Translations under genes and position numbers: made by a program | In this document: positions 13,100 to 26,300 of the stretch, piece after piece | Position numbering within the stretch: the first letter of the stretch is position 1 | Layout of the letters: every line of letters starts with the position of its first letter | Notes under the pieces: model-generated | Databases searched by the model: none | What the model saw: the letters and a program-made list of their open reading frames with translations, nothing else | What the model was told of the DNA's origin: nothing | Origin: Cetorhinus maximus | Taxonomy: Eukaryota | DNA length: 64,000 nt | Assembly: GCF_964194155.1 (NCBI RefSeq) | Contig: NC_135899.1 | Span: forward strand, 21,514,001-21,578,000 | Direction: 5' to 3'

Positions 13100-14026
13100 A
13101 ATTCTCATTTACAACCCTAGTTATACAATTCGCCAGGACATTGGTCCCAGCATGGTTCAAATGAAGCCTGTCCCAACGGAACAGCTCTCCTTCCCCAGTA
13201 CTGGTGCCAGTACCCCATGAATCAGAACCCATTTCTCCCACACTAATCTTTCAGCCATGCATTTACCTCTCTAATTTTATTTACCCTATGCCAATTTGCA
13301 CGTGGCTCAGGTAGTAATCCATAGATTACTACCTTTGTGGTTCTGCTTTTTAATTTAGCCCCGAGCTGCTCGTAGTCCCTCAGCAGAACCTCTTTCCTAG
13401 TCCTAACTATGCTGTTGGTACCGAGGTGGATCACTACAACTGGATCCTTCCCCTCCCACTCCAAGTTCCTCTCCAGCCCAGAAGAGACATCCTTAATCTT
13501 GGCACTAGGTAGGCAACACAGCCTTCGGGACTCTCTGTCATTGCTGCAGAGAACAGTATCTATTCCCCTAACTATGTTATCCCCTATTTCTACTATATTT
13601 CTCTTTTCTCCCCCCTCTCTGTAGCATGGTGCTGTGATCAGTTCATACATCCTCCCTGCAGCCTGTGCCCTCATCCACACCGGGAGCAAGAACCTCATAC
13701 CTATTGGACAATGGCACTGGCTGAGGCTCCTCCAAAGCTAGATTCTGGATCCCCACACCTGCCTCACTTTCAGTCACACCTTCCTGTCCCTGACCACAAA
13801 CCAAATTTGATGTAATTAACCTAAGGGATGTGACTGCCTCCTGAAACACAGTAACTCTCCCACTCCCTGATGTGTTGCAGTGTCCGCAGCTCTGACTCCA
13901 GCTCATCGACTCTGAGCTGAAGTTCCTTGAGTAGCCAACACTTGCTGCAGATGTGGTCACCGTGGTTCGCATTGGCATCCACCAACTCCTACATGCTACA
14001 GCTGCAACGCATCTCTGCCTAGCCAT
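13100..14026 (-). pseudogene. CR1 ORF1: zinc finger / leucine zipper / SGNH esterase
   Basis: IGDNIVRG (GDS block), CCLPSAK, IHLGTNSI (GxND block), WDRLHLNHAG (DxxH block); upstream CCSC...ICSKC followed by a heptad repeat. Confidence 0.88.
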
Positions 14027-14278
14027 CTCTATTCTATTTAATTAATTAATTTGGATGTTAAATATTTTAAAAGTAAATTTCCTAACTGTGCTCTTCAGCT
14101 TTAATAGCATCTCCTGATTTAAACCATTTGGCCAATCAAAAGAGACACGGAAGAGATACCCACCAATCACGTACCTGTTTTCCTGTGATGACACACACTG
14201 GCTCTGATAGTTAGAAATGCTGGTTTTTATCTCCTGCAGCTGCTGCCCTTCTCATGCAGATCTGCTCTCCATGTGCTC

Positions 14279-14719
14279 CCGGCTCTCCTCTCACTGCTTT
14301 AAACTGTGAAAATACCAGCTTTCCTCTCGCTGTTTTAAACTATGAAAATCCCGGCTCTCCTCTTGCTGTTTTTAACTGTAAAACTCCCTCAGTCACCAAT
14401 CTCCAACTGAAGCTCTCTGCTGCAGCCGAACACAGCATTCCAGTGCAGACAAAGATAGCCGACTCCCTGAACCTTGCCTCTGAAAACCTGATCAAGCCAG
14501 TTATCTAATTAACTAATTGCAAGCAGAGCCTGTACAAGCCCTGTTTTAACGCTGGACTAAGACTCAACCTTCCAACCCTAACAGCAACTTTTAGTTAATT
14601 GTTAAATTAAAGAAAGACTAGACTTCAGATAGACTTTAATCCTTAATTTAACCCTTAAACTTCCTCAGTCACCAATATCCAACTGAAGCTCTCTACTGCA
14701 GCCAAACACAGCACTCCAT
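14279..14719. repeat. CR1 5'-UTR repeats: three 36-bp tandem units plus a ~62-bp direct repeat
   Basis: cggctctcctctcactgctttaaactgtgaaaatac-like unit x3 at 14279-14385; aaact(c/t)cctcagtcaccaat...acacagca(t/c)tcca at ~14381 and ~14658. Confidence 0.85.
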
Positions 14720-15029
14720 TTTGGAATGTGTGTGTATGGGATGTCATGTGAGGGACTGTTTGGACTAGACTGTGTTGTCTGCCATTACCAATATGGTCCA
14801 AGTTCACATGAATATTAGTCACATGAGTGAGATACTGAAAGTCAACCATTGCCCATGGAATGACATTACAGTAAAATTCTGCATCTTCTTCAGTAGAGGG
14901 GAGAAAATATTTTTGGAGGAAGCTGGAGGCAAAATACCTCACTCTAAAGGGATGATCGTGTAATGACCATTCTGGATAATCACTGATAAGGATGTCTTGC
15001 ATTGTTTCCTGAAAACTGGGATCTACCTA

Positions 15030-15445
15030 CAATCATAGAATGATTACAACATGGAAAAAAACATTCAGCCCACCTGAGAGAGCAACTCAGTTCATCCCAC
15101 CCCCTGCCCTTTCCTTATACCTGCATTTTTTTTTCTTTTCAGGTGCTTATCCAATTTCCTTTTGAAAGCCACAGTTGAATCTACACTTTCCAGATCCCAA
15201 CCACACGCTGCATAAAAAACGTTTTCCCTCAAGTTGTCGTTGGTTCTTTTTCCATTCACCTTAAATCAGTGTTCTCTGCTTCTCGACCCTTCTGCTAATG
15301 GAAACATTTTCTCCCTAACTACTCTATCTATACACCTCATGATTTTGAACACCTCTATTAAATTTCTTCTCAATCTTCTCTAATGAGACAACTCCAGTTT
15401 ACCAATCTATCCATGTAACTGAAGTCCCTCATCCCTGGGACCTTT
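15030..15445 (-). mobile_element. CR1 3' fragment (different subfamily)
   Basis: atcatagaatgattacaac...cttatccaatttccttttgaaag...ttccagatcccaaccacacgctg. Confidence 0.8.
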
Positions 15446-16091
15446 CTTACATTGTTAGAGAACATTTTTTATGAGAAGCAGTGCTGTACCTGCCACAAGA
15501 ACTAGTTTTAAATTTTTCTTAGATATTTCCGTTGAATAGATCAGTAACTCAACTTTGAACCTTTTAGGCTTGCATGTGGTGCTGCTCACTGGTTAAAATA
15601 TGAGCCTTCAGGGGGGTCCCTTTTTAATATACTGGAGTATCCTCACCTGGTTTTTTGCTAATGGAGAAGGATGGTCTCTCTAGTTTTAAATGTAAAATTT
15701 TCCCTTTAATTTCTATGATGATTCACATGAATTTGCTTTGTTACCTGCCCCCTTCTAACTATGAGTATCCCTGTCCACCTTCTGTGCACAAGAGTAAAAA
15801 TAAAAATAGTCCTTGAAACAGTTACGTTTTCTGATTGTTTGCTAAATAGTAAAGAAATCCAATAGTTTCATCTGGCTGAGACAGGCGTTATCTGATTAAC
15901 CTATGGGTGTCACTACCACAACCCCAGGCCTTGAGAATAGATTAACTAGTGACACTCTTGGCAATAAAGACATATTTTCTGGCTGTTTGGCTTCACACAC
16001 TTGAAGAACAAAGGTGATTTTAGAATTGGAAAACTTGCCCTACCATCTTCAACGATTTGTGCACATATGCCTATGTTCCTTCTGCCCCTAT

Positions 16092-17830
16092 TTATTCATG
16101 GCATTTGGGCTTCACTGGCTGGGCCAGCATTTAATGCCCATCCCGAGTTGCCCTTGAGAAGGTAGTGATGAGCTGCCTTCTTGAACTGCTGAAGTTCATG
16201 TGCTTTAGGTACACCCATAGTGCTGTTAGGGAGGGAGTTCCAGGATTTTGACCCAGCAACAGTGAAGGAATGGCTATATATTTCCAAGCCAGGATGGTGA
16301 GTGACTTGGAGGGGAACTTCCAGGTGGTGGTGTTCCCATGTACCTGCTGCCCTTATCCTTCTAGATGGAAATGGTCATGGGTTTGGAAAGTGCTATCCAA
16401 GGAATCTTGGTGAATTCCTGCAGTGCATCTTGTAGATGGTACACACTGTTGCTACTGTGCATCAGTGGTGGAGGGAGTGAATGTTTGTGGATGTGGTGCC
16501 AATCAAGTGGGCTGCTTTGCCCTGGGTGGTGTCAAGCTTCTTGAGTGTTGTGGGAGCTGCACTTATCCAGGTAAGTGGGGAGTATTCCATCATACTCCTG
16601 ACTTGTGCCTTGTAAATGATGGACAGGCTTTGGGGAGCCAGGAGGTGAGTTACTCATTGCATGATTCCTAGTCTCTGACCTGCTCTTGGAGCCACAGTAT
16701 CTATATGGCTAGTCCAGTTCAGCTTCTGGTCAATGGTAACCCCCAAGATGTTGATAGCGGGGGATCCCATGATGGTAATGCCATTGAATATCAAGGCGTG
16801 ACGGTTAGATTCTTTCTTGTTGGAGATGGCCATTGCCTGGCACTTGTGTGGTGTGAATGTTATTTGCCACTTGTCAGCCCACGTCTGGATATTGTTCCAG
16901 TCCTGCTGTATTTGGGCATGGACTGCTTCAGTATCTGAGGAGTCGTGAATGGTGCTGAACATTATGTAATCATCAGCGAACATCCCCACGTCTGTGCAAT
17001 CGTCAGCGAATATCCCCAGTTCTGACCTTATGATGGAAGGAAGGTCATTGATGAAGCAGCTGAAGATGGTTGGGCCGAGGACACCACCCTGAAGAACTCC
17101 TGCAGTGAAGTTCTGGAACTGAGATGACTGACCTCCATCAACCACAACCAGCTTCCTTTGTGCTAGGTATGACTCCAACCAGTGGCGAGTTTTCCCCTTG
17201 ATTTACATTGACTCCAGTTTTGCTCGGGCCCTTTGATGCCACACTCGGTCAAATGCGGCCTTGATGTCAAGGGCAGTCACTCTCACCTCGTCTCGGGAGT
17301 TCAGCTCTTTTGTCCATGTTTGAATCAAGGCTGTAATGATTGTCATGAACTGAGTGGCTCTGGCGGAACCCAAACTGGGTGTCAGTGAGCAGATTATTGC
17401 TCGGCAAGTGCCGCTTGATAGCACTGCTGATGACCCCTTCCATTATTTTATTGATGATTGAGAGTAGAATGATGGGGCGGTAATTGGCCAGGTTGGATTT
17501 GTCTTGCTTTTTGTGTATTGGACATATCTGGGCAATTTCCCACATAGCTGGGTAGATGCCAGTGTTGTAGCTGCATTGGACAGCTTGGCTAGAGGCGCAA
17601 CACCTTCTGAAGCACAAGACTTCGGCACTATTGCCAGAATATTGTCATGGCCCATAGCCTTTGCACTATCCAGTGCCATCAGCTGTTTGTTGATATCATG
17701 TTGAGTGAATTGAATTGGCTGAAGATTGGCATCTATGATGCTGGGGACTTCTGGAGGAGGCTGAGATGGATCATCTACTTGGCACTTCTGGCTGAAGATT
17801 GTAGCAATTGCTTCAGCCATATCCTTTGCT
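16092..17830 (-). mobile_element. LINE-B (CR1/L2-group) RT and 3' end
   Basis: ALDIKAAFDRVWH, GVLQGGVLGPTIFSCFINDL, FADD, WADKWQITF; 3' tail gctggcccagccagtgaagcccaaatgccatgaataaa. Confidence 0.92.
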
Positions 17831-17894
17831 AGGTTTTGTTAGAGATACTGTCACTTTGATGAGCCTGAAGTCCAACTTACCTTTTACCATGATT

Positions 17895-18065
17895 CTATTG
17901 GATGTTAAACATCTGTGGTGCTATTGGAAGAGGAGCAGCGAGCTTTCCCAGTTCCCATGCTGACATTTTTCATTCCGCCCCTGTCACAAAAAAGGGATTG
18001 ACTGTTCGTTCATCTCATTTCTGTTTGTCAGACCTCTCTTTGGACAATTGACAGCCATACTTTCC
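17895..18065 (+). mobile_element. Degraded Deu-domain SINE fragment
   Basis: gtggtgctattggaagaggagcag...gacatttt...ggacaattgacagcc resembles 6740-6900. Confidence 0.45.
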
Positions 18066-18129
18066 CACACAATATTTACTTTGTCCTGGACGTTGACAAA
18101 CCTCTTGAATGTTGTAGCTACACCCATTG

Positions 18130-18435
18130 AGGCAGTTGTTCCAACAGATTTCCGTCTTGAGCTTTGTGATGTTGGGAAAATTTTGAAAATAAGCCACTCA
18201 TTGCAGATTACTTGCCTCCGTCATGCTTTCCTAGCCACAGAGTGGTCTGGCTGGTCCGGCTTCTCATTGGTGACTCAAGATGTTGATGTTTGGTGATTCA
18301 GTTGTGATGGTGCCCCTGGAGGTCAGGCAGAGGTGGTTGTTCCTTCTTGCCTGTACTAATTATTTCCAGGGACTTTTGTGGCATAAGTTACCTGACAATT
18401 GTCAGACCAACTTTGGATATTGTCCAGACCCTGCT
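18130..18435 (-). mobile_element. Highly degraded LINE-B fragment
   Basis: ctagccacagagtggtctggctggtcc...gatgttgatg...ggatattgtccagaccctgctg parallels 16690-16910. Confidence 0.55.
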
Positions 18436-20221
18436 GAAGGCCAAAATAATAACTTGTTTATTGGACTGGGGTACAGTGCCATCACATTTCTGTCAGATAT
18501 GCGATAACTACTAAGCATTGAAGCATTGGCAAGGGCAACCTCATCAGAAAATGTTCTCAGTAATTTTACCCATCATCAAAATACCTTGGAAATTGGATCA
18601 TCTCTGACAAATTTTCAGCTAATTGCAAAAGTTTATCAGCTGCTAAATTCCCTATTGATTAGGCCTTAGACTCCAAATACAATACGCGTATATTCTTCCT
18701 TTAGGAGTCACATGCTGGCTGGCTTTCTGTCAGCAGTTTACCACAAAAGACTGAGAGATTGAAAGATAATCTCTGTATAGCAAGTGCTAGCCTGTATTAG
18801 AGTAGAATTTGCTGATACTGCCATTTAATTCAGATCTTTGTGGTATCAAGACAGCCTGCAATTGCAAGTTAAAAGTCCTTTTCAATTTTAGCGAAGATAT
18901 TGCCATTTGTACTGTTGTCCCAGATGACTAGATAGAAGGACAGCTACTCAATGTCTTGCTGCTAGCTTTTTCCAGGTTCTTCAGAAATCTGGGGGAAATG
19001 TTAGCAAGCCCTCAGGCATTAACTATTTGTAATTTTCAACACCTTTTCTGTATAATCTGCAGTAAATGTCTAAAAGTCTTCAGTTTCAAGAATGTAATGG
19101 GTGACCCTTGCTAAGAGCTGAAAATAAAAACAAAAAACTTGTTCAGCAAATTAGCTGGTTCAACTGTGCATGTACAGAGATTGTGTGCTTGTTTTGTGTT
19201 ATTTTGAGGCAGAGTATTACTGCCTCGTATGGTTCAACTCTTGTCACACAGTATTAATAATCAAGCTGCTAACTGAAATTATGCATAAAATAACAGGTAC
19301 TATGGACATTTCAATACATTTCCTTTCAACATCTATTTCATAAGGTGCAAGACATACCACATCCTATACTGTTTAGATAAATGCTTAATCTCTGAACCTA
19401 ACATCTTGTCTCAAGACTCCTCATTTAAACAATTCATATAAGGAACCAAAATATTCCCTCCAGGTGATGTTTTAGGTGATGAGAACAAGCTTAACTCCTA
19501 ACTGATGCCTATATAGTGACATATCCAATAGCATAGTACCTTACTCTTTACCTTTCACACGATGTGAGGATATAGATCACTTACATCAGACGTGGTATGA
19601 TCAGGAATGCTGCAAATGACTAAAAATGAGACCTCCTGGAATCCTCCCTTTGCTGCTATGGCTAGTTAGAAAGTGCACATGGTCGAAGGATGCATTCATC
19701 AGCAAAAGCCGTTTGGTTCTCTATTAGATTAACACAATGTTCTTCACTTGACCATTGAATAGTTAGAACATTTAAACAAGCATGCTATACTTAATAGTCT
19801 ACGTACATGCAGTCAGAATAAATACATTTTATTTGAAATTGTGAATTAAACTGAAAATCGTAGAATCATTTTCAAACAGTCTCAGTCCTGCCCTTATGTT
19901 AGAGAGAAAGTAATGTTGAAGCACCTGAAGATAGTTGGACCAAGGTGCTACCCTAAAAATGCTCTGGGTTGTGATGTTTCCACCTTCTTGTGCACCTGGT
20001 ATCGCAACCATTGCTAGAGTATGTCTTTTTTATTGATTACTGACAACTGTTTTCTAGGATTCCTTTGATTGAAAGCAGCCTTGCAAACAAGAAAAGTCAT
20101 TTTCACCTCCATCCTCATTTCCCCACATTTACACTTCACTCATGTCTGTATTTGGATAAATGTTTTAATAAGGCCTGAAATCAAATGGTTCTGGCAGAAC
20201 TCAAATAAGTGCCAAGAAGCA

Positions 20222-20412
20222 GGGAGGTGGTGGCATAGTGGTATTGTCACTGGACTAGTATTCCAGAGAACCAGGGTAATGCTGTGGGGAACCTGGGTTA
20301 AAATCTCCTATGGCAGATGCTGAAATCTGAATTCAATAAAAATCTGGAATTAAAAACCTGATGATGACTAGGAAACCATTGCTGATTGCCATCTGGTTCA
20401 CTAATGTCCTTG
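20222..20412 (+). mobile_element. tRNA-Ser-like SINE / LINE-B head
   Basis: A box tggcatagtgg, anticodon arm ctggactagtattccag, degenerate B box gggttaaaatc; homologous to the 41400-41707 minus-strand copy. Confidence 0.8.
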
Positions 20413-21486
20413 GTTCATTAATATTCATTCATTGAGCAATTTTTCACATTGCTGGGTAGAGGCAAGTTATCCCAAATTGTGGGAGGAAAAGAAAATTACT
20501 GGAAACAGACATCATGAATTATAGAAAATGGAAATCCTCGCAGTGGTAATTCACGCAGTGTTTCTTTCTGGAATCCAGTGAATGTGGGCAAGCATTTTGA
20601 TTATCAGAACATCATCGTCAAGTCAGAATCAGTTCAATTGAGCTGCACATGCATGGTTTTTTTTTTAGGGTATCACCCGATAATGACCAAGAGGTGAATC
20701 TCTGGCTAACATTTCCCTTTCCTTTATCGTTGCTACTACAACTGTAATAAATTAAGTCAGCATAGGCTAGAAAGCGAGCTTGAATTCCCTTGTGGAGTTC
20801 ACGTGATTGTGAGGTGCACCACATGATGTTTTATCACTAAACCAATGAGTAACACACAATTGTTGTGGTAACTTTATGGACAAATTATTAATTTGAATGA
20901 GACAAATACTTTTTTCCAGCTTTTGTGATTTGTAATAGGCTATTTTCATATATATCAAATCTTCGTATATTGTTTCTTTGTAGTCAAGCCATGTGATAAT
21001 TCCTCACTATTTGATTGTTGAAAGCACTTGTTCTTAAATGTCTACCCCAGATTCTTGCAGTTTGAATAGGAAAAGTATCTTGACCGAAATCAATCCAACA
21101 TGTTTTATTCTAATGACTTTACTAATTTTATTGTTGTTTCCTGTCCATGTCTGGCTCCCCATAACACAATCGTCTTTTTGTTTTCATGGGGTACTTAGTA
21201 AGATTGTGTTCTGTGAATATACTGGTTTCAGTGAATATTATCAAGTGGCTCGTGTAAGGAAAGCTTGTAGGTAAAAGCCTGAACTTCAACGCTAATATCC
21301 AAAGTAATGATAACTATTATACATTTTGCTGATATTAAACCCATAAAATAATGACTACTGCAAATGATTATCACTATTGATTAAACAGCCGAGGAATGAT
21401 GGCTATAATTTCCTAAATATTAGAATAAAGAGTGATTAGGAAGAAAGTTTAAATTTGCAAACCAAGGTGACAGATCATCGTGTAGG

Positions 21487-21772
21487 CCACCTAGAAGGAC
21501 AAGGACAGCAAATGCATGGGAATACCACCATCTGCAAGTTCCAGTCCAAGCCGCACATCATCCTGACTTTGAACTATATCACCGTTCCTTCACTGTCGCC
21601 AGTTCAAAATCGCAGAACTGCCTAATGGCACTGTGGGTGCATCTGCACCACATGGACTGCAGTGGTTCAAGAAGGTAGCTCACCACCACCTTCTCAAGGC
21701 TAATTAGGGGTGGGTAATTAATGCTGACCTTGCCAGCAGTGCCCACATTCTGTGAAAGAATAAATTAAAAAA
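21487..21772 (+). mobile_element. LINE-B 3' end
   Basis: ccacctagaaggacaaggacagca...ctcaccaccaccttctcaagg...gcccacattctgtgaaagaataaa. Confidence 0.9.
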
Positions 21773-22465
21773 GGCCATTTCCAGGAGTGGCAATTGACAT
21801 TTAAGAAGAAAAAGTGAGGAAGGTTTGGAAGAACACTGCTTATAGGAATGTCTCTAAAATGATTGCCAAGTAAATATGAGAGATCACATTTTCTTCCACC
21901 ATGTAGAGTAGTGCGACAGAGAAGGTACTTGGGTAAAGAGCGTAACTGTTATGAGACAGCGTGAGAGCTAAAAGGATTGAATACCAAATCTGCAAAAACA
22001 GCGCATTTAAAATGTGATTAACTTTGTTAAAATGTATCATTTTTTGGCAAACATTCCAGTTCTTACACAGATTTAGTTGACCCTGAAGTTACTGATACAC
22101 AAATTCAACACAGTAAACAACTCCATTGTTGAATCCATCTCAAAAATCGTGTGATCGTATATCGCAGTGGATTTCAATCATTTTCAATCTTGAAAATTCG
22201 CCATAGGTAAGCTAAATTGGTATTACTTTAATAGTGTTTCGACATAAGAATTAGTTTGTTACTGAATGAAAATTACTTTTTATGATGTTCATTGATAATT
22301 GCAGTCCAGCACTAATAGTGTATTGATTGATTTAGATGGAAAAATTTTCATCAAGCCATTTCTGTTTCTTTCCATTACTGCTTCTAAAGGTTATATTTTA
22401 TTTCCTCTTGAATGGGATGCCCTTGCTGAAAATAACATGGGGTTGACAAATTTCAGAATCTGCTA

Positions 22466-22561
22466 ATGAAGAGTAATACGGACTCGAAATGTTAACTCTG
22501 TCTTCCTCTCCACAGATGCTGTCAGACCTACTGAGAGTTTTTCCAGCTATTTTTGTTTTTG
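22466..22561 (+). mobile_element. Short PLE-terminal element with partial hammerhead
   Basis: atgaagagtaatacggactcgaaatgttaact...gatgctgtcagacctactgag; flanked by 15-bp direct repeat tttcagaatctgcta (22451-22465 and 22562-22576). Confidence 0.85.
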
Positions 22562-23386
22562 TTTCAGAATCTGCTAGTTGGTTTTCTATGCCATTGTGCA
22601 CTGGCAATCTTCAGATTAAGCATGGCCAGCTGGTGGAATGTACTGGAATCCATTTGTGGCAGCTGTTGAAATGAACATGGGAGAAGAGAGGAAAGTGAAA
22701 GGTAGTGGGAGGGATGAGGAGAGGTGAGAGAGTGCTGAGGGAGAGATCAGTGGAGACCGAGTCATACTTTCAAGGGGATAGGGTCTATTTATGTGAGAGA
22801 TTATTGATCCTAAACATGAGAGAGAATGCTTAGTGCAGACCTGAAACTTGCAAAATTTGTTAAGCCTACAAAGTCTTAATGTTAATTTATATTGCTTGAA
22901 AAGTTTCAGAAACAGAGGACCCACTTGACTGATATGCTCTACCATTCTGCACCTATGGTGGTATAATAGAGTGGGACCTCCTCTGACCTTCTGAGGAGCA
23001 GTGAAGGAAACTAGAAAAGGAGTTTCTTCTGACATGATGAGGGCACAAACCACAAATTTGCACAATTTAAAGGCTTTCTGAGCTATCTTAACATTTCTTG
23101 AAGAAAAACATTGAAACAGTTCCTGTGATCTGAGTTTGAGAACTCTGTAATCAGAATAAGTGCCTGACGGATGGAAAATGCAAATTAGTTTCATTGCAAC
23201 TGCTAGCCAAGAAAAGACAACAGTTCATCTAAATGGGTTTGTACCGTTCTGGTAGTTGCACATTACAATTCTAATGTGTTGTTGACTAATCATAGCATTG
23301 AATCTCACTCGATTACTCTGCAAACATGACCCTGGGACAGGGATTGCCAAGCTGTGGAGAGCTCTGTGTATTATAGGTCTGAAGCC

Positions 23387-26300
23387 TGTTATGGTCATTG
23401 GCCAGACCCCAGGCTGTTGGTGAGATCCAGTTAGGGACCAATATTGTTTTGTTTAAAGTAGACAAAGTTTGAGATCCAAGACACTTGCTAGGTGAAGAAA
23501 GCCACAAGAATCCATGGGTTTTGAATAAACAAAATTTAACTTTACAAGGTTAGAAAGTTAAAACAAGTTACAATATCTATTTTATGCTGAATGCTAGAGT
23601 ACAAGTAAGAGGTGCATGTGAATTAACAAACCAATTGTGCTCGAACACATCACACTACCTAAAAATGAGGCGTCAACCTGGTGAATCTACAGCATAGGAC
23701 TACTTGCATGCCAAACAGCATAAGCAGCAGGTGATAAACAAAGCTAAGTGATTCCACAACCAATGAATCAGATCTAAGCTCTGCAGTCTTGCCAGATCCA
23801 TTTGGTGGTCCATCCTTGTGAATGGTGATGGACAATTAAAGAACTCACTGGGGGGGAGGAGGCTCCACAAATATCCCCATCCTCAATGATGGGGAGCCCA
23901 GCACATCAGTGCAAAAGATAAGGCTGAAGCATTCGCAACAATCTTCAGCCAGAAGTGTCAAGTGGATAATCCATCTTGGCCTCCTCCGGAAGTCCCCAGC
24001 ATCACAAATGCCAGTCTTCAGCCAATTTGATTCACTCCACGTGATATCAAGAAACAGCTGAAGGCACTGGACACTGCAAAGGCTATAGGACCTGACAACA
24101 TTCTGGCAATAGTACTGAAGACTTGTGCTGCAGAACTGGCCATGTCCCTAGCCAAACTGCTCCAGTACAGCTACAACTGGCATCTACCCAACAATGTGGA
24201 AAATTGCCCAGGTATGTCCTATACACAGAAAGCAGGACAAATCCAACCCTGCAATTACCGTCCATCAGCCTACTCTCGATCAACAGTAAAATAATGGAAG
24301 GGGGTCATCAACAGTGCTACCATGCAGCACTTGCTTAGCAACAATCTGCTCACTTACGCTTAGTTCCGGTTCCGCCAGGATCACACAGCTCCTGGCCTCA
24401 TTACAGCCTTGGTTCAAGCATGGACAAAAGAGCTGAACTCCAGAGGTGAGGTGAGAGTGACAGCCCTTGACATCAAGGAAGCATTTGACCGAGTGTGGCA
24501 TCAAGATGGCCGAGCAAAATTGGAATCAATGGGAAACAGGGGAAAACTCTCCGCTGGTTGGAGTCATACCTAGCACAAAGGAAGGTGGTTGTGGCTGTTG
24601 GAGGTCAATCACCTCAGTTCCAGGAATCACTGCAGGAGTTCCTCAGGGTAGTGTCATAGGCCCAGCCATCTTCAGCTGCTTCATAATGACCCTCCTTTCG
24701 GCATAAGGTCAGATGTGGGGATGTTCACTGGTGATTGCACAATGTTCAGCATCATTCGTGACTCCTCAGATACTGAAGCAGTCCATGTCCAAACGCAACA
24801 AGACCTGAACAATATCCAGCCTTGGGCTGACAAGTGGCAAGTAATATTCATGCCACACAAATGCCAGGCAATCACCATCTCCAACAAGAGAGAATCCAAC
24901 CATTGCCCCCTGACATTCAATGGCATTACCATCACTGAATCCCCCACTATCAACATCCTGGAGAATACTTTGACCAGAAACTGGACTGGTCTAGCCATAA
25001 AAATACTGTGGCCACAAGAGCAGGTCAGAGACTAGGAATCATGCGATGAATAACTCACCTTCTGACTCCCCAAAGCCTGTCTACTATCCACAATACATAA
25101 TTCAGGAGTATAATGGAATACTCTCCACATCACTGGATGAGTGAGGCTCTAACAACACTCAAGAGGCTTGACACCACCCAGGACAAAGCAATCTGGTTAA
25201 TTGGCACCCCATCCACAAACATTCACTCCCACCACCACTGACGCACAGTAGCAGCAGTGTATACCATCTGCAAGGTGCACTGCAGGAACTCTCCAAGCTT
25301 CGTTAGACAGCAACTTGCAAACTCACAACTACTAACGTCTAGAAGGACAGGGGCAGCAGCTAGATGGGAACACTGCCGCCTGGAAGTTTCCCTCCAAGCC
25401 ACTCACCATCCTGACTTGGAAATATATCGCCATTCCTTCACTGTCACTGGGTCAAAATCCTGGAACTCCCTTCTTAACGGCATTGTGGATGTACCTACAC
25501 CATATGGAGTGTAGTGGTTCAAGAACGCAGCTCACCACCGCTTTCTCAAGGGTAATTAGGGATGGGCGATAAGTGTTGGCCTAGCCAGCAGTGCCCACAT
25601 CCCATGAATGAGCAAATAAACTACATAATAAATTCAAAATGCGACCAAAGTAGATGCCATGGGTCTCACTATAACTCACCCAGACGTCTGGAATGCTGAG
25701 AGTTAACCAATCTCACTGAAACGTCATCTCTCACGGTTTATAATCTTCACCTTTGAAGATCTCGCCTTGGAATTGTCTCCAAACCTCTGTCCATCATGGA
25801 CGCCCACCTCACAGGATTCAAGTCTTGCCTTCTGAGGTTCCCTACTCCTGGGTTCCCGAGTACCCTCAGGCATCAACTTAGAAGCACAATTTCAGCTTTT
25901 CGGCTGTGCCGAGCAGAACACCACTGCTCTGAAAGGGTGCATTTGTCCCAATAGTTTTGGATCTTCGGGCTTCTTGGTTACTTGAATTTCTCCTGAGTCC
26001 ACTTCGCTTAAGGTCTGCTCCCTGCAACCCTTTTCTCTAATTGGAACCTGTTTCTCTGTTTTGTTTTAACTGGGACCTGCTTCTGTCCCCTGTCTTTGTC
26101 CCTTACCTGGGATTTCTTTTTGGGACCCCTCCGTGTCCCTGTCCCTTGTCTTTTTCTCTTGGACACTTCATGGTCCTCTCCATGTCCCCTCTTCCTTGTC
26201 CCCTACCTTGGCCCTTGCTGGTCATGGTGCTGTGCACCCGGTCACCTGACCCTTTTTTATTTTTCCTATGCACAAGCATGGAGTGCTTGTCCTGGATCTG

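Larger units (their letters stand above)
11770..14720 (-). mobile_element. Second CR1 LINE, 5' half only (repeat-bearing 5' UTR, ORF1, APE)
   Basis: APE: LYLNARSICNKKDEL, AITETWL, GGGAALLIK, GVVYRPP, VMGDFN, LGGSGHNMVEF; ORF1 13100-14026; ORF2 breaks off near 11770. Confidence 0.93.

Noticed and set aside
7867-13698. RT, endonuclease and esterase ORFs as functional genes or a novel RT system
   Set aside because: Standard CR1 ORF1/ORF2 architecture, fragmented by stops and frameshifts
20222-20310. Possible genuine tRNA gene (also 41630-41707)
   Set aside because: Degenerate B box and acceptor stem, oversized variable region, and continuity with a repeat body
22616-23194. 192-aa minus-strand ORF
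   Set aside because: No recognisable domain, and the C-terminal part is a translated purine/pyrimidine-biased tract; probably a chance ORF, though not testable here
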